Source: an uncultured Acidobacteriota bacterium
GTDB lineage: Bacteria > Acidobacteriota > Thermoanaerobaculia > Multivoradales > UBA5704
Assembly (NCBI GenBank): GCA_963700145.1
Contig: OY969474.1
Span: forward strand, 256,001-320,000
DNA: 64,000 nt
Direction of reading: 5' to 3'
Part shown: in pieces, positions 50,901 through 60,925 of the stretch
How the letters are laid out: every line of letters begins with the position of its first letter
Numbering within the stretch: position 1 is the first letter of the stretch
Notes under the pieces: model-generated
Database searches by the model: none
What the model saw: only the letters and a program-made list of their open reading frames with translations
What the model was told of the DNA's origin: nothing
Made by a program: the position numbers and the translations under genes

Positions 50901-52075
50901 ACTTCACCCGGCCGCTCACCGAGCTCGTGGAAGGCACTCGGCGGATCGCCGCCGGCGCGCCGTCGCTCGACCTGGCGCCCACCGAGGTGGAGCTGGCGGC
51001 GCTGGTCGAGGCGGTCGACCAGATGGCGCGGCGGATCGCCGAGGCGCGCGAGCGGCTGCTGCGCGAAAAGCAGGTCGTCGAGCGCATGGTCGAGAACATC
51101 ACCTCCGGCGTCGTCTCGCTCGACGGCGAGGGCCGCGTCCTGATGCACAACCGCGTGGCGGCCGAGCTGCTGGGGACGCGGGTCGGGGAGCGGCTCGCGG
51201 AGGCGGTGACGCGCTCCTCGCGCCTCGCCCCCGTCGCCGCCTTCCTGGGCGGGGTCGCCGGCGAGCCGGCGCGCGCCACCGTGCGCCTGCCGGGCGGCGA
51301 GGGCGACGAGCGGGAGTGGGCGCTGGTCTGGGTGCCGGTGCCGGGAGCGGGGGAGCCGGCGGCGCTCCTCGTCGTCGAGGACGCCACCGAGGTGCTGCGC
51401 GGCCAGCGTCTCCTGGCCTGGGCGGAGATGGCGCGCATCATCGCCCACGAGATCAAGAACCCGCTGACCCCGATCCGCCTCTCGGCCGAGCACATGCGCG
51501 AGGTGCACAAGAGCGACCCGCAGCACTTCGGCGCCGTCTTCGAACGCTGCACCACCAACATCCTGGCGCAGGTCGAAGAGCTGCGGCAGATCGCCTCGGA
51601 GTTCTCGGCCTACAGCTCGATCCCGCGCATCGACCCCAAGCCCGGCGACCTGGCGGCGTCGGTGCGCGAGCTGGTCGAAGGCTACCGGGCGGCGCCGCCC
51701 GAAGGGGTCGAGGTGGACCTGGCGGTGGACGGACCGCTGCCGGCGCGCTTCGACGCCCGGCTCCTCGGCCGCGCGGTGCGCAACCTCCTCGAGAACGCGC
51801 TGCGGGCGAGCGCCGGCGGCGGCCGGGTGACGGTGCGGGTGGAAGGGGACGGCGAGGAGGCGCGGATCGTCGTTGCCGACACCGGCCCGGGCGTGCCGCC
51901 GGAGGTCCTGTCGCGGATCTTCGACCCCTACTTCTCGACCCACGACACCGGCACGGGCCTCGGCCTCCCCATCGCCCGCCGCATCGCCGAAGAGCACGGC
52001 GGCGACCTGACCGCCCGCAACCGCCCCGGCGGCGGGCTGGAGGTGACGATCACGCTGCCGCTCGTGTCGGAGTAA
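47978..52075 (+). CDS. Large multi-TM sensor histidine kinase (HAMP-PAS-HisKA-HATPase, NtrY-like)
   Basis: AHEIKNPLTPIRL, NLLENA, DTGPGV, GTGLGLPI; long hydrophobic N-terminal part. Confidence 0.88.
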   Translation: MRRLPEVPILLAALAAPLLPSPFSAVALLALGALWLRRRPPQREIAVVGLPLLVAVAALAGETLLRPRLDAPPETWRRAAGRGYERLWRELERDAGAAAAALPPTLQAPLAAPASTPAAQLDAFRRLAAQRPGRGAGRHTLLLVDPDGAPIAWAGEGLLHELGAGELPRAGRHFKAGFGAATLLVVEPLGAARRPWRVVAGASYATASLPFPAPDRERRWALVEEPGRALPGALQVPLPASPTLVIAAARRTAAAPPLPLRPLAWGALAVALLALAVMRGVGLVLPVQRPEARERRLWVAALALGGAVAAGAAAALPPATLAALAAGVALAVAGVVLPPREPGRRPPWLAPLLGALAAPLLGLAAWALGRGVPPDLAADLFVPAERYGLRLALTAAALGLLAGAGRLAAGARGAFWARERWAWLAVALLLAGGLLHDLPLAALPLLAAGCGLAAAWAGDRRWSEQPLALAALVLLATLAGAGAWETAYRLRLREAAAGELLARLMPPRAAALRPVAAGLDRHFRRRDLAQLLPRVPAGLERQDLAFALWSGSPLARGDARTALVVEPREGERSSFAFGLPLDPQGRIDVRPERWPGARLPLDRALLLSGMSPLAFRGRPWATVRWWLLPEPGFRAAAPRPLSGVAEGLLRGEPGAAEPAGLPEAARFALYDAQGRATRSPWLETPPLPPALRRRAAAQAAVRTPEGPAMAYVRPLPDGWAAVLVPALRPLPAIERVGTWAFGTLALAAVALAAALLLALPRAAFRESLGRAVRTYSKRLLIVTTLLLLVPLLLLNVVLVRATERRLLAARRDAGEAALNTVQKVLGDYILTFAPGFGLDTALDDDLLVWLSRVTRHEVNLYWGSGVYSSSRHELFTAGLLPKRIPGEIYSRLALLGYELSSRINRAGETAYLELYAPLRVPGVPAAQARLFLSMPLLAQQEEVARDLAHLRRQGVLVSAALFALLLAVATRLARNFTRPLTELVEGTRRIAAGAPSLDLAPTEVELAALVEAVDQMARRIAEARERLLREKQVVERMVENITSGVVSLDGEGRVLMHNRVAAELLGTRVGERLAEAVTRSSRLAPVAAFLGGVAGEPARATVRLPGGEGDEREWALVWVPVPGAGEPAALLVVEDATEVLRGQRLLAWAEMARIIAHEIKNPLTPIRLSAEHMREVHKSDPQHFGAVFERCTTNILAQVEELRQIASEFSAYSSIPRIDPKPGDLAASVRELVEGYRAAPPEGVEVDLAVDGPLPARFDARLLGRAVRNLLENALRASAGGGRVTVRVEGDGEEARIVVADTGPGVPPEVLSRIFDPYFSTHDTGTGLGLPIARRIAEEHGGDLTARNRPGGGLEVTITLPLVSE

Positions 52076-52272
52076 GCTCCTCAGAACGCCCGGGTCCGGG
52101 CGCCCTTTCCCCCTTCTCGTCCTTCCAAGTCGGCAGCCGGCCGCCGAAATCAGGGAACCCGTCCGTCTCAAGAGAGCGAAAGCTACTCCTGATGATAGCG
52201 TCGAGACTCACTCCCTGGGATGCGATAAGCGGCGGGCTGGGACACGCCGCGCCCGCACGCTTGTCCTTGAGA

Positions 52273-55200
52273 ATGGCGACCCGCCACTTCACAGCCGCGG
52301 CATTGGCTGTGACGTTGGCCCTGGCGGTCGCCAGCCACGGCCCACCCCGCGGCGACGCTGCCCGCAGCAGCCCTCGGCGCGGGCTGGCGACGATCGGTTC
52401 CGTCGATCTCGGCCCCGGGCGGTTCGTGGGCCTCGCGGCGGCACCCTTCGGCTCCGGCGCACGCCCCGAGGTGTCGGTCGTGCGCGCCCTCCAGGGCGAG
52501 CTTGACACGGAACGCAGTCCCTCGCCCGAACATCTGGCCGACGCTGCCGTCTTGCGTCTCCTCGCTGCCGATGTCGGCGGGGCCATCGGTTTTCTCGAGA
52601 GGGCGCGGCGGGCTCGCCCGGACGAGCCGTCGCTGCTGAGCGATCTCGCGGCAGCCCATCTGCGGGCGGCGCACCTCGGTTTGGGCGCGCATCACCTCGT
52701 GCTCGCACTGGATGCGGCCGAGCGCGCGCTGCGCATCTCGCCGCAGCTCGCCGCGGCGCGATTCAATCAGGCCGCTGCGCTGCAAGAGCTGGGGCAACCC
52801 TTCCAGGCGCGGTTGGCCTGGGGCAGGTATCTCCGGCCCGCAATCGGTGACGAGTGGGACGAGGAGGGGCGGCGCCGGCTCGAGGCGCTGCCACGCGACG
52901 ACGCGCGACAGCACTGGGAGCGGGTCCGCGCGCAACTCCTCGGAGCCTGTCGCCGGAGCGATTCGGCGGCCGTGCGGAACCTGCTGCCGGGGTTCGGTTA
53001 CGAAACCCGGGAGCTGATCGAGGCGGAGCTGCTGCCGCAATGGGCGGTCGCCGTGCGGGAGCGGCGTTGGCAAGCGGCTGAGGCAAATCTTTCGCTGGCG
53101 GGCTGCGTGGCGCGCGGTCGCGCCGAGACGCTCGGCAGCGGGCTCCTGGCGGCGGCGGTGGCGCGGTTGAAGGTGCTGCAAGAGCGGCGAGAGGAAAGCG
53201 CCCTCGAAGAGCTCGCTGCGGCCCTTCTCGCGCTGCCTCGAGGGTTGACGCTTGCCGAGAGCTTCAAGTTCGAGGAAGCGGAGAAGCAGTTCGCGTTCGC
53301 CGAGGCGGCATTTCGCCGCGGCGGGAGCCCGCTCGCCCTGCGTGCCGCGGCCGAAGTGGCAGCGGCGCGCTTCCAGGCGCACGACTACGCGCAGGTGTTG
53401 GCGATCCTCGAGACCATCGACCACGCTCCCGAAGGCCAAGGCGATCCGTCCCTTGCCGCCCGTGTGCTCTGGCTGCGTGGCCTCGTGCACTTCATCCGCG
53501 CGCAAAACGAGCGGGCCCTGGAGAGCTACCTGGCGGGGCTCGACGCAGCGGCGCTGACACAGGATGCGACGACCGAGACGGCGCTCGCCCATCTGGTCGG
53601 CGAGACGCTGCTCGTCACCGGGGCCGAGGAGGCCGGTTGGACCTACCTCCTGCAGGCGCTGCGCCGATTGCCCGCCGTGCGCCCTCCTCACGTGGCCTAC
53701 CGCGTGGCCTCCGGAGTCGCCTATGCCTCGCTCTACGTCGGCCGGCTCGGCGCGGCCATCGGCTTTCAGCGCGAGGCGACCCGCATCACGCTCGCCGCCG
53801 GACGAGCGACCATGGGGATGCTGTCCCTGCGCCGCCAGGCCTTGATCGAGAGCCGGTTGGGCGATCAGGAGGCGGCGACGCAGCCTGGCGGCCGCAGCGG
53901 AGCTGGAACCCGACATTCCGGCGGGCGAGCAGCGCGCGGGGATGGTCACCGATCTGGCGTTGGCCGAGGGCGAGGTCCACCTCGCCGGCGGATCGTTCGG
54001 CGCCGCCGTCGTCGCCTACGACCGCGCGCTGGCCGGCTTCGAGGCCACCTCCTACCGGTTTCCGCTGGTGCGCGCGCTGGCCGGTCGTGCGCAAGCCTTG
54101 CGCCGCGCCGGCGACCCGGCGCGCGCCCGCGCCGACCTGGCGCGGGGGGTCCGCGAGGTACTGAGCGAGCGGCGAGAGGTGGCGCCGGACCAGCGTGTGC
54201 CCTTCCTGGATGCTGCCGCACCGCTGTTCGAGGAGCTCGCCGCCCACTTCGTCGAGATCGAGCGGCGCCCGGAACAAGCTCTGGTCGCCGCCGACCTGCT
54301 CAGGGCGCGGACGCTCGTCGAGGACCGCCCGGTGGAGGACTTCGAGAGCGCGGCGCCTCGGCTCCTCGCGGAGCTGCGCCGGGCCTTGCCGCCGCGGACG
54401 GCCCTGCTCGAGCTGTTGGTGCTATCGGACCGCACGTATGGCTGGTTCATCGACCGTGACGCGATGCGTTTCGCTGCGCTGCAAGTCGGGGCCGAGGACT
54501 GGGTCGCCGAGGTCGAGCGGTTCCGCGACAGCGTCCAGCACGGTGCGGCCGGCTGCGCGGAGGGCGCGCGGCTGTTCGACCGGCTGCTCGGACCCTTCCG
54601 TGACCTTCTGAGCGGCGACTCCGCGCTGCTCGTGGTGGCGGACGGGCCGCTTCACCGGCTGCCGTTCGGCGCGCTGTGTTCGAAGCCGGGACGGCGCCTG
54701 GTCGAGGATCTTGCGCTCGCGCGCCTGCCGAGCGCTTCCTATCTGCTCGCCGCGCACCGCCGGCTCCAGTCGCCGCCGGCCGCAGCGGCGCCCGCCAAGG
54801 CGCTCGTCGTCGGCGACCCTGCGATCGATCGCCGCCTCTTCCCGCATCTCGCGCCGCTGACCTGGAGCCGCAGCGAAGCGGAAGACGTCGCCGCGCGATA
54901 CCCGTCCGCCCGCCTGCTGCTGGGTGCGCGCGCGTCGCGCAGCAACGTCCTGACCCTCCTGCCGGATTTCGACGTGGTCCACCTCGCCGCTCACAACCTG
55001 ATCCGGGAAGCGGGAGCGGAGAGCTCGGCGTTGGTCCTCGCCCCGGGGACGGACGGCGCCGGCCTGCTCTCGGAAAAGGACCTCGCCTCGATCCGGCTCG
55101 AACGGCACCCGGTGGTCGTGCTGCCGGTGTGCGGGAGCGCCATCGGCCAGCCATCGCGCTCCGAAGGCCAGCTCAGCCTGGCGCGGCCGTTCTTGCGCGC

Positions 55201-55495
55201 CGGCGCCGCAGCGGTGGTGGCGACCCTGTGGCCGGTAGAGGACCAGGGGGCCGCAGCGTTTTCACGCCAGCTCCATCAACGCCTGATCGCCGGCGTGCCG
55301 CCGCTCGACGCGTTGCGCCAGGCACAGCTGTCCCTGCTTCACGGCACGGACCCAAAGCTTGCCGCTCCGTCGGTGTGGGCGGCCTTCGATCTGATCGGTC
55401 TCGGGGCGGCTGCCGCCCCGCTTTCCAGGGAGGTGTCAAATGTTCACGCTCAAGCTGGTGATCATGGGCTTGGTCGGCCTGGTGCCGGCCGATGA
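52273..55495 (+). pseudogene. TPR-CHAT (caspase-like) protein, frameshifted near 53880
   Basis: TPR-like N half in one frame, continuing in another frame as SLAAAAELE...MVTDL; CHAT motifs DGPLHRLPF, VVHLAAH, VVLPVCGS, VVATLWPVED. Confidence 0.8.
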
Positions 55496-56462
55496 CGGGT
55501 TCGTCTTCGTCCTGCCGAACGTCAGTCATGCGGACATGAGGGACATGGTCCACGTTCCCATGTTGGCCTGTAATCCGGGAACGGTCTGCTCCGTCGAGGG
55601 GGGCGAGGACGAGTGGGACGCCCTCGAGACGGCGCTGAAGATCAACCCCGGCGACGACACTGTCGGCCTGCGCTTGCAGGGCGAGACGCTCACATTGGTT
55701 GGCGCCGAGCCGGGGCCTCTCGCCAAACCGTCCGCGCGTCGGTATGGCCTTCTGTCCGTGCTCTTCGGCGCCTGCCCGAAGAGCCCTACAGCGGCGCAGT
55801 CCCTCTCCTGGCTGCCGGAGCTGAGCAGAGTCGAGCCGAATGCCGCAGCCATCGATCCTGTCCACCTTCGGCAGCCAGACCCGGAAGTTGTCGCGGCACT
55901 TCTGCCGCTCTCGGTCCGCGGCACGCTGCGAGCGTACAGCTACCCGCTCTTCAAGGTGGGGAATGGAAAGGAATTCGTGCGTTCCTTCACCTTCAAGCGG
56001 CGGGGGAAGCGGGTGTTCATGACACGCCGGCACGCCGCCCCCGATGTGCTGGAGGTGACGATCCCGATCGCGGAGAGCGCCGCGCAGATTCGGCTCCAGC
56101 CTTTCTCCGGCGAGGGTGCCAGCCGGACACTCACGATCAAGCCGGAAAGCGCCGGCGGTGAGGCAGTGGTTCTGCTCGGCAACCTCACGCCAATGGGCGA
56201 GGACAAGGAGGAGCCCGTGGGCTCGGAGATCGCCCACTTCGAGCTCTACTACAAGCTGTCGAAGCTGTCGCCCGCGCCGGCCACGAACGGAACGCTCAAG
56301 GTCCCGCACATCGGCAGACGGCACGTAAAGGCTAACAAGGTGAACCCCTTGAAGATCCACGCAATCCTGGGGATCGTAAGTACCCAGAGTCCCCCTGCTG
56401 GAGGCTTTGAACGGCCCGTTTGCACCTTCACCAGCTTCACGGCCCCGCCAACTGGTAAGTGA
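55440..56462 (+). CDS. Hypothetical protein downstream of CHAT
   Basis: 340-aa ORF with ggagg RBS; starts LKLVIMGLVGLVP. Confidence 0.7.
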   Translation: MFTLKLVIMGLVGLVPADDGFVFVLPNVSHADMRDMVHVPMLACNPGTVCSVEGGEDEWDALETALKINPGDDTVGLRLQGETLTLVGAEPGPLAKPSARRYGLLSVLFGACPKSPTAAQSLSWLPELSRVEPNAAAIDPVHLRQPDPEVVAALLPLSVRGTLRAYSYPLFKVGNGKEFVRSFTFKRRGKRVFMTRRHAAPDVLEVTIPIAESAAQIRLQPFSGEGASRTLTIKPESAGGEAVVLLGNLTPMGEDKEEPVGSEIAHFELYYKLSKLSPAPATNGTLKVPHIGRRHVKANKVNPLKIHAILGIVSTQSPPAGGFERPVCTFTSFTAPPTGK

Positions 56463-56472
56463 GGAGAGAGCC

Positions 56473-57876
56473 ATGTCGATCTGGGAAGAAAAGGAATGGA
56501 AGTGGCAGGACCGCCGGTCGGGCATGGTCCGCTTCATGCCTCAAAGATCACTGGTGACCGTCGCCTATCGGCCCGTTGACGCAACCGAGGCGGCGCGTGC
56601 ATCGATCGAAGCGTCGGTCAGCGCTCCGTCGATCCGCACCGGCACCCTGGATGGCTGGCGGTTCGTCGCCCGCGCCTTCGATGCCGCGAGCGGCGAGCAA
56701 GCGCTGCTGGAAAGCGTCGCGCGCACGAAGAACGGCCGCACGCTGCCGGTCGTGACGGGACAGCAGGGGGAGACGAGGTACTTCATCCCCGGACGTGTGT
56801 CGGTGCAACTCGAGGAAGGGGAGCCGCAAGACGGGCTCGATCGGCTGGCGGCGGAGCTCGCCGGCCAAGTCGTTTACCGCTCCCGGGTCGCCGCCGGCTT
56901 CGGACATATCGCCTTGCCGGTTGACGCCATCGAGCCCGAAGTCGTGGCACGGTTGAATCAGGACTCCCGCGTGCGAGTGGCGAGCCTCCCGGAGTTCGGC
57001 CTGGGAATCCTGGCGGCTGCTGTCGGTGGAACGAAGTGCAAGCCGTGGGGAGTGGGGAGGGTCCGCGCCAAGAAGGCGAAGGTTACGGGTAATGCCGAAG
57101 TCGTGGTCGGGATTGTCGATTCCGGCGTCGACCTCACGCACCCGCAGCTGCGACCTCGCCTCGTCCCGCCGGTGCCCGGCGAGGATCGGGATTTCCTGGA
57201 CCCGGCGGACGTCAGCCCACACACGCTCGAGGATGGACATGGGACGCATGTCGCCGGCATCGTCGCGGCCGTGGCGCCACAGTGCAGGCTGCTGCCGGTG
57301 CAGGTGGGCCTCCTGGAGAACGGTCAAGACACCGCCTACAAGGAGGCGCTCATGCTCCTGGCAGGCAGGGCGGCGGCGGGGGCGCGCATGGTGGTGAACA
57401 TGAGCTTCGACCTGGGCGGTGCCGAGCCGCCGCAAGTCAAGGACGCCGTCGCGCAAGCCCACCGGGCGGGCGCTCTGCTGATCGCTGCGGCAGGCAACCG
57501 GACGCAGGAGATAGGCACCACGAGGAAGTCCTTTCCGGCGAGTTTCCCCGAGGTAGCCGCGATCGCGGCGACCAATCCCGATGACGAGAAGATCGCCAGG
57601 TCCAACTTCGGCATCCCGATCGCTGCCTCGGCCCCCGGCGCGAATATCCGCTCGACGGTGCCGGGAGGCGGAACAGGGTGCATGTCGGGCACGTCGATGG
57701 CCGCGCCGCACGCCGCCGGGGTCGCGGCCTTGATCTGGCGCCAGCACGGCCATCTCGCCGCGGCGGGAGTGCTCGCGCGGCTCCGCTCCGGCTGCGACGA
57801 CATCAGGGCGAGAAACGACCCGGCTCTTGCCGGCAAGCTGGGCGCCGGGCGACTCAACGCCCAGAGATCGGTCTGA
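56473..57876 (+). CDS. S8 family serine peptidase (subtilase)
   Basis: Catalytic triad motifs VDSG, HGTHVAG, GTSMAAP. Confidence 0.92.
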   Translation: MSIWEEKEWKWQDRRSGMVRFMPQRSLVTVAYRPVDATEAARASIEASVSAPSIRTGTLDGWRFVARAFDAASGEQALLESVARTKNGRTLPVVTGQQGETRYFIPGRVSVQLEEGEPQDGLDRLAAELAGQVVYRSRVAAGFGHIALPVDAIEPEVVARLNQDSRVRVASLPEFGLGILAAAVGGTKCKPWGVGRVRAKKAKVTGNAEVVVGIVDSGVDLTHPQLRPRLVPPVPGEDRDFLDPADVSPHTLEDGHGTHVAGIVAAVAPQCRLLPVQVGLLENGQDTAYKEALMLLAGRAAAGARMVVNMSFDLGGAEPPQVKDAVAQAHRAGALLIAAAGNRTQEIGTTRKSFPASFPEVAAIAATNPDDEKIARSNFGIPIAASAPGANIRSTVPGGGTGCMSGTSMAAPHAAGVAALIWRQHGHLAAAGVLARLRSGCDDIRARNDPALAGKLGAGRLNAQRSV

Positions 57877-57894
57877 CCGGATCTTTCCCGCCGG

Positions 57895-60525
57895 TCACTC
57901 CGCCCGCAGCGCCAGGTTCGGGTTGATCCGCGTCGCCCGGCGGGCGGGGAGCCAGCAGGCGACGGTGCCGGCGGCCAGCAGGGTGAGGGCGGTGGCGGCG
58001 TAGGTCGCCGGCGCGTCGGCGCGGACGCCGTAGAGGAGGTCCTGGAGGGCGGCGCCGAGGGCGAAGGCGAGGAGCAGGCCGAGCGCCACGCCGGCGCCGC
58101 AGAGGATGACGCCGCGGCGCAGAACGTGGCGCAGCAGGCGGCCGGGCGAGGCGCCGAGCGCGCCGCGCACCGCCAGCTCCGGCGTGCGCTGGACGACGCC
58201 GTAGGCCACGACGCCGGCGGCGCCCACGGCGGCGAGCAGCAGGCCGACGCCGGCGAAGAGGGCCACCACCACCGTCTGGAGACGCGGCTCGGCGACGCTC
58301 CCCGCGATCACCGCCGACATCGTCCGCACGTCGAAGAACGGGCGGTCGGGCGAGAGGCGCGCCGTCACCTGCCGCAGCTCGCCGGCCAGGGCGTCGGGGT
58401 CGCCGGCGGTGCGGGCGAGGAGGTTCATCGTCGGCAGGATCACCCAGGTGCTCGACATGTAGATGGTCGGCGTGATGCCCTCCGCCAGGCTGAGCTGGCG
58501 GGAGTCGCCGACCAGGCCGACGACGTTGTAGGCCTGACCGTTGCTCAGCCACACCTGGCGGCCGACGGGATCGGCGCCGTCCGGCCACACCCGCCGGGCA
58601 AGCGCCTCCGAGACCACGACCGAGCGATGGTGCTCGCCGCTCTGGAACCAGCGCCCGCGGCGCAGCGGGATGCCGAGCGTGGACAGGTAGTCCGGCGTCA
58701 CCGTGCGCCACGACGCCTGCACGCCCTCCTCCCCGCCGGGCGCGATGCGCTGCGCCGCGGCCGCCATCGTGGTGTCCACCTCGCCCAGCGGGATCTCGCT
58801 CGACATGCCGGCCGAGACGACGCCCGGCAGCGCGCCGACCTCGGCGAGCAGCGCGTCGAGCAGGACCTGATCCTCCGGGTGGCCCTCCTCGTCCCCCCAG
58901 TCCGGAAACGAGATGCGCGCGGTCACGAGCTGGTCGGGCTGGAAGCCGAGCGCCACGCTCTGGAGCCGGACGAAGCTCTGGACGAGGAGGGCGGCGGCGA
59001 CGACCAGCATGGTGGCGAGCGCGAGCTGGGTGACGACGAGCGCCTCGCGCACCGGCGTCCGCGCCGCGTCGACGGTGGAGCGCCCGCCCTGCTGCAGCGC
59101 GGCGTGGAGGTCGGCGCCGCCGGCCAGGAGCGCGGGGAGCAGGCCGAAGCCGACGGCGGTCAAGCCCGTGATCAGGAGGCCCGCCGCCGCCACCGGCCAG
59201 CTCAGCTCGAGCGCCGCCAGGCGCGGCATCGACGCCGGCAGCACGGCCGCGGCGCCCTCGACGGCGGCCCAGGCGAGGCCGAGCCCGAGCGCGCCGCCCA
59301 GGGCGGCGAGCACCAGGCTCTCGACCATCAGGTGCCGCACGACGCGCGCCGGGCTCGCGCCGAGCGCCCGGCGCACACCGATCTCCCGCGTCCGCGCCGT
59401 GGCGCGCGCCAGCTGGAGATTGGCGACGTTGGCGCAGGCGACGAGCAGCAGGACCCCCACCGCCGCCAGCAGCACGAGGAGCCGCGCCCGCAGCTCGGGG
59501 TCCACGATCCAATCCCGCGCCGGCTTGACCAGCGCTCCCCACCCCTCGTTGCTGTCGGGGAACTCGCGCGCCAGCGCCGCGGCGATCGATTCCATCTCCG
59601 CCGTCGCCCGCTCCGGCGTCACGCCCGGCGCCAGCCGCCCGAGCACTAGGAGGCGCCGGTCGCCGCGCCAGTAGACCCCCGGGTCCGGCTTGAGCGGCAG
59701 CCAGACGTCGATGTCGGTCGAGAAGCCGACGTCCTGCGGCGCGATGCCGACCACCGTGTGCGGCGCGCCCTCGATGCGGACGGGGCGGCCGAGCAGCGAC
59801 CGGTCGCCGCCGAAGCGGCGGCGCCAGAGCCGCTCGCTCAGGATCGCGACGGCGGCGCCCCCCGGACGGTCCTCGGCGGCGCTGAAGGCGCGGCCGGCGA
59901 CCAGCGGCAGGCCCAGGACCTCGAAGAGGTCGGCCGACACCGCCAGGCCGTCGAGGCGCTCCGCGCCGCGCTCGCCGCTCAGGTTGACGCCGACCTCGCG
60001 CAGGCCGGCCAGAGCGGTGAAGCTCCGCGCCTGCTCCTCCCAGGAGAGGAAGTTGGGGTACGAGACCGCGAAATCGTCAATGTCGCGGGGGAGGTTCGTC
60101 TCGGCGAGGAAGACGACCCGCTCCGGCTGGCGGTAGGGGAGGGGGGCGAGCAGCACGGCGTGGACGAGGCTGAAGATGGTCGTCGCCCCGCCGATGCCCA
60201 AGGCCAGCGTCGCCCCGGAGGCGAGCGTGAACGAGAGGTTGCGCGAGCGGAAGAGGGCGCGCCAGGCGTGGCGCAGGTCCTGGGCCAGGAGATGGCGGTG
60301 CTCGCCGAGCGCCGTCGCCAGCGTGTCGGCCCCGACCGACAGCGCCAGCCGGCCGGCGGCGAGGGCGCCGCCCGTGCGCCGCACCTCCGCCCAGCGGCCG
60401 GCGAAGGCGGCGCTCATCTCGCCGCCGTACTCCTCGCGGAAGGGCCCGGGGTAGCAGCGCAGCAGCGCCGCGTAGGCGCGCCCCGCCCAGCTCCCGCCGG
60501 CGTCGCGGCTGCCCGCGGCGCTCAC
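57895..60525 (-). CDS. ADOP-type duplicated ABC permease (MacB/FtsX-like)
   Basis: QDLRHAWRAL, LALGIGGATTIFS, LLVACANVANLQLAR, PARRATRINP. Confidence 0.92.
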   Translation of the reverse strand: MSAAGSRDAGGSWAGRAYAALLRCYPGPFREEYGGEMSAAFAGRWAEVRRTGGALAAGRLALSVGADTLATALGEHRHLLAQDLRHAWRALFRSRNLSFTLASGATLALGIGGATTIFSLVHAVLLAPLPYRQPERVVFLAETNLPRDIDDFAVSYPNFLSWEEQARSFTALAGLREVGVNLSGERGAERLDGLAVSADLFEVLGLPLVAGRAFSAAEDRPGGAAVAILSERLWRRRFGGDRSLLGRPVRIEGAPHTVVGIAPQDVGFSTDIDVWLPLKPDPGVYWRGDRRLLVLGRLAPGVTPERATAEMESIAAALAREFPDSNEGWGALVKPARDWIVDPELRARLLVLLAAVGVLLLVACANVANLQLARATARTREIGVRRALGASPARVVRHLMVESLVLAALGGALGLGLAWAAVEGAAAVLPASMPRLAALELSWPVAAAGLLITGLTAVGFGLLPALLAGGADLHAALQQGGRSTVDAARTPVREALVVTQLALATMLVVAAALLVQSFVRLQSVALGFQPDQLVTARISFPDWGDEEGHPEDQVLLDALLAEVGALPGVVSAGMSSEIPLGEVDTTMAAAAQRIAPGGEEGVQASWRTVTPDYLSTLGIPLRRGRWFQSGEHHRSVVVSEALARRVWPDGADPVGRQVWLSNGQAYNVVGLVGDSRQLSLAEGITPTIYMSSTWVILPTMNLLARTAGDPDALAGELRQVTARLSPDRPFFDVRTMSAVIAGSVAEPRLQTVVVALFAGVGLLLAAVGAAGVVAYGVVQRTPELAVRGALGASPGRLLRHVLRRGVILCGAGVALGLLLAFALGAALQDLLYGVRADAPATYAATALTLLAAGTVACWLPARRATRINPNLALRAE

Positions 60526-60893
60526 GTCCGCCGCGGGGCGAGCCCCGCCCTCCGGCCGAGGTCGACCAGCTCGCCGAGCCGCGCCAGCTCGCGTTGCGCG
60601 GCGCGCCGCCCGGCGGGCGTCAGCCGGTAGTGCCGGCGGCGCTCGTCCTGGCCGCTTGCGACCTCGCGGTCGGCGAGCTCGACGATGAGGCCCTGCTCGA
60701 GCAGCCGCCGCAGCGTCGTGTAGAGCGTCCCGGGGTTGAGCTTGGTGCGGCCGCCGCTGCGCTCGGCGACCTCCTGCATGATGGCGTAGCCGTGCCGGTC
60801 CGACTCGGCCAGCGCGACCAGGATGTGGAACGCGGCCGCGGGCAGCGGCGGCTCCTCGGGCGTGGGGTCTGCGGGGGGTTCGCGGCGGCTCAT
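60522..60893 (-). CDS. PadR family transcriptional regulator
   Basis: RHGYAIMQEV, PGTLYTTLRRL, RRRHYRLT. Confidence 0.92.
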   Translation of the reverse strand: MSRREPPADPTPEEPPLPAAAFHILVALAESDRHGYAIMQEVAERSGGRTKLNPGTLYTTLRRLLEQGLIVELADREVASGQDERRRHYRLTPAGRRAAQRELARLGELVDLGRRAGLAPRRT

Positions 60894-60901
60894 GCCGCGA
60901 C

Positions 60902-60920
60902 TATATCTACACCAGATATA
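60902..60920. promoter_or_regulatory. Putative PadR operator
   Basis: AT-rich perfect inverted repeat tatatct-acacc-agatata just upstream of the padR start. Confidence 0.6.
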
Positions 60921-60925
60921 TTAGG

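Noticed and set aside
49243-52272. N-terminal extension of the CHAT ORF (1738 aa)
   Set aside because: Overlaps the kinase in a shadow frame; protein-like sequence begins only near 52190-52273
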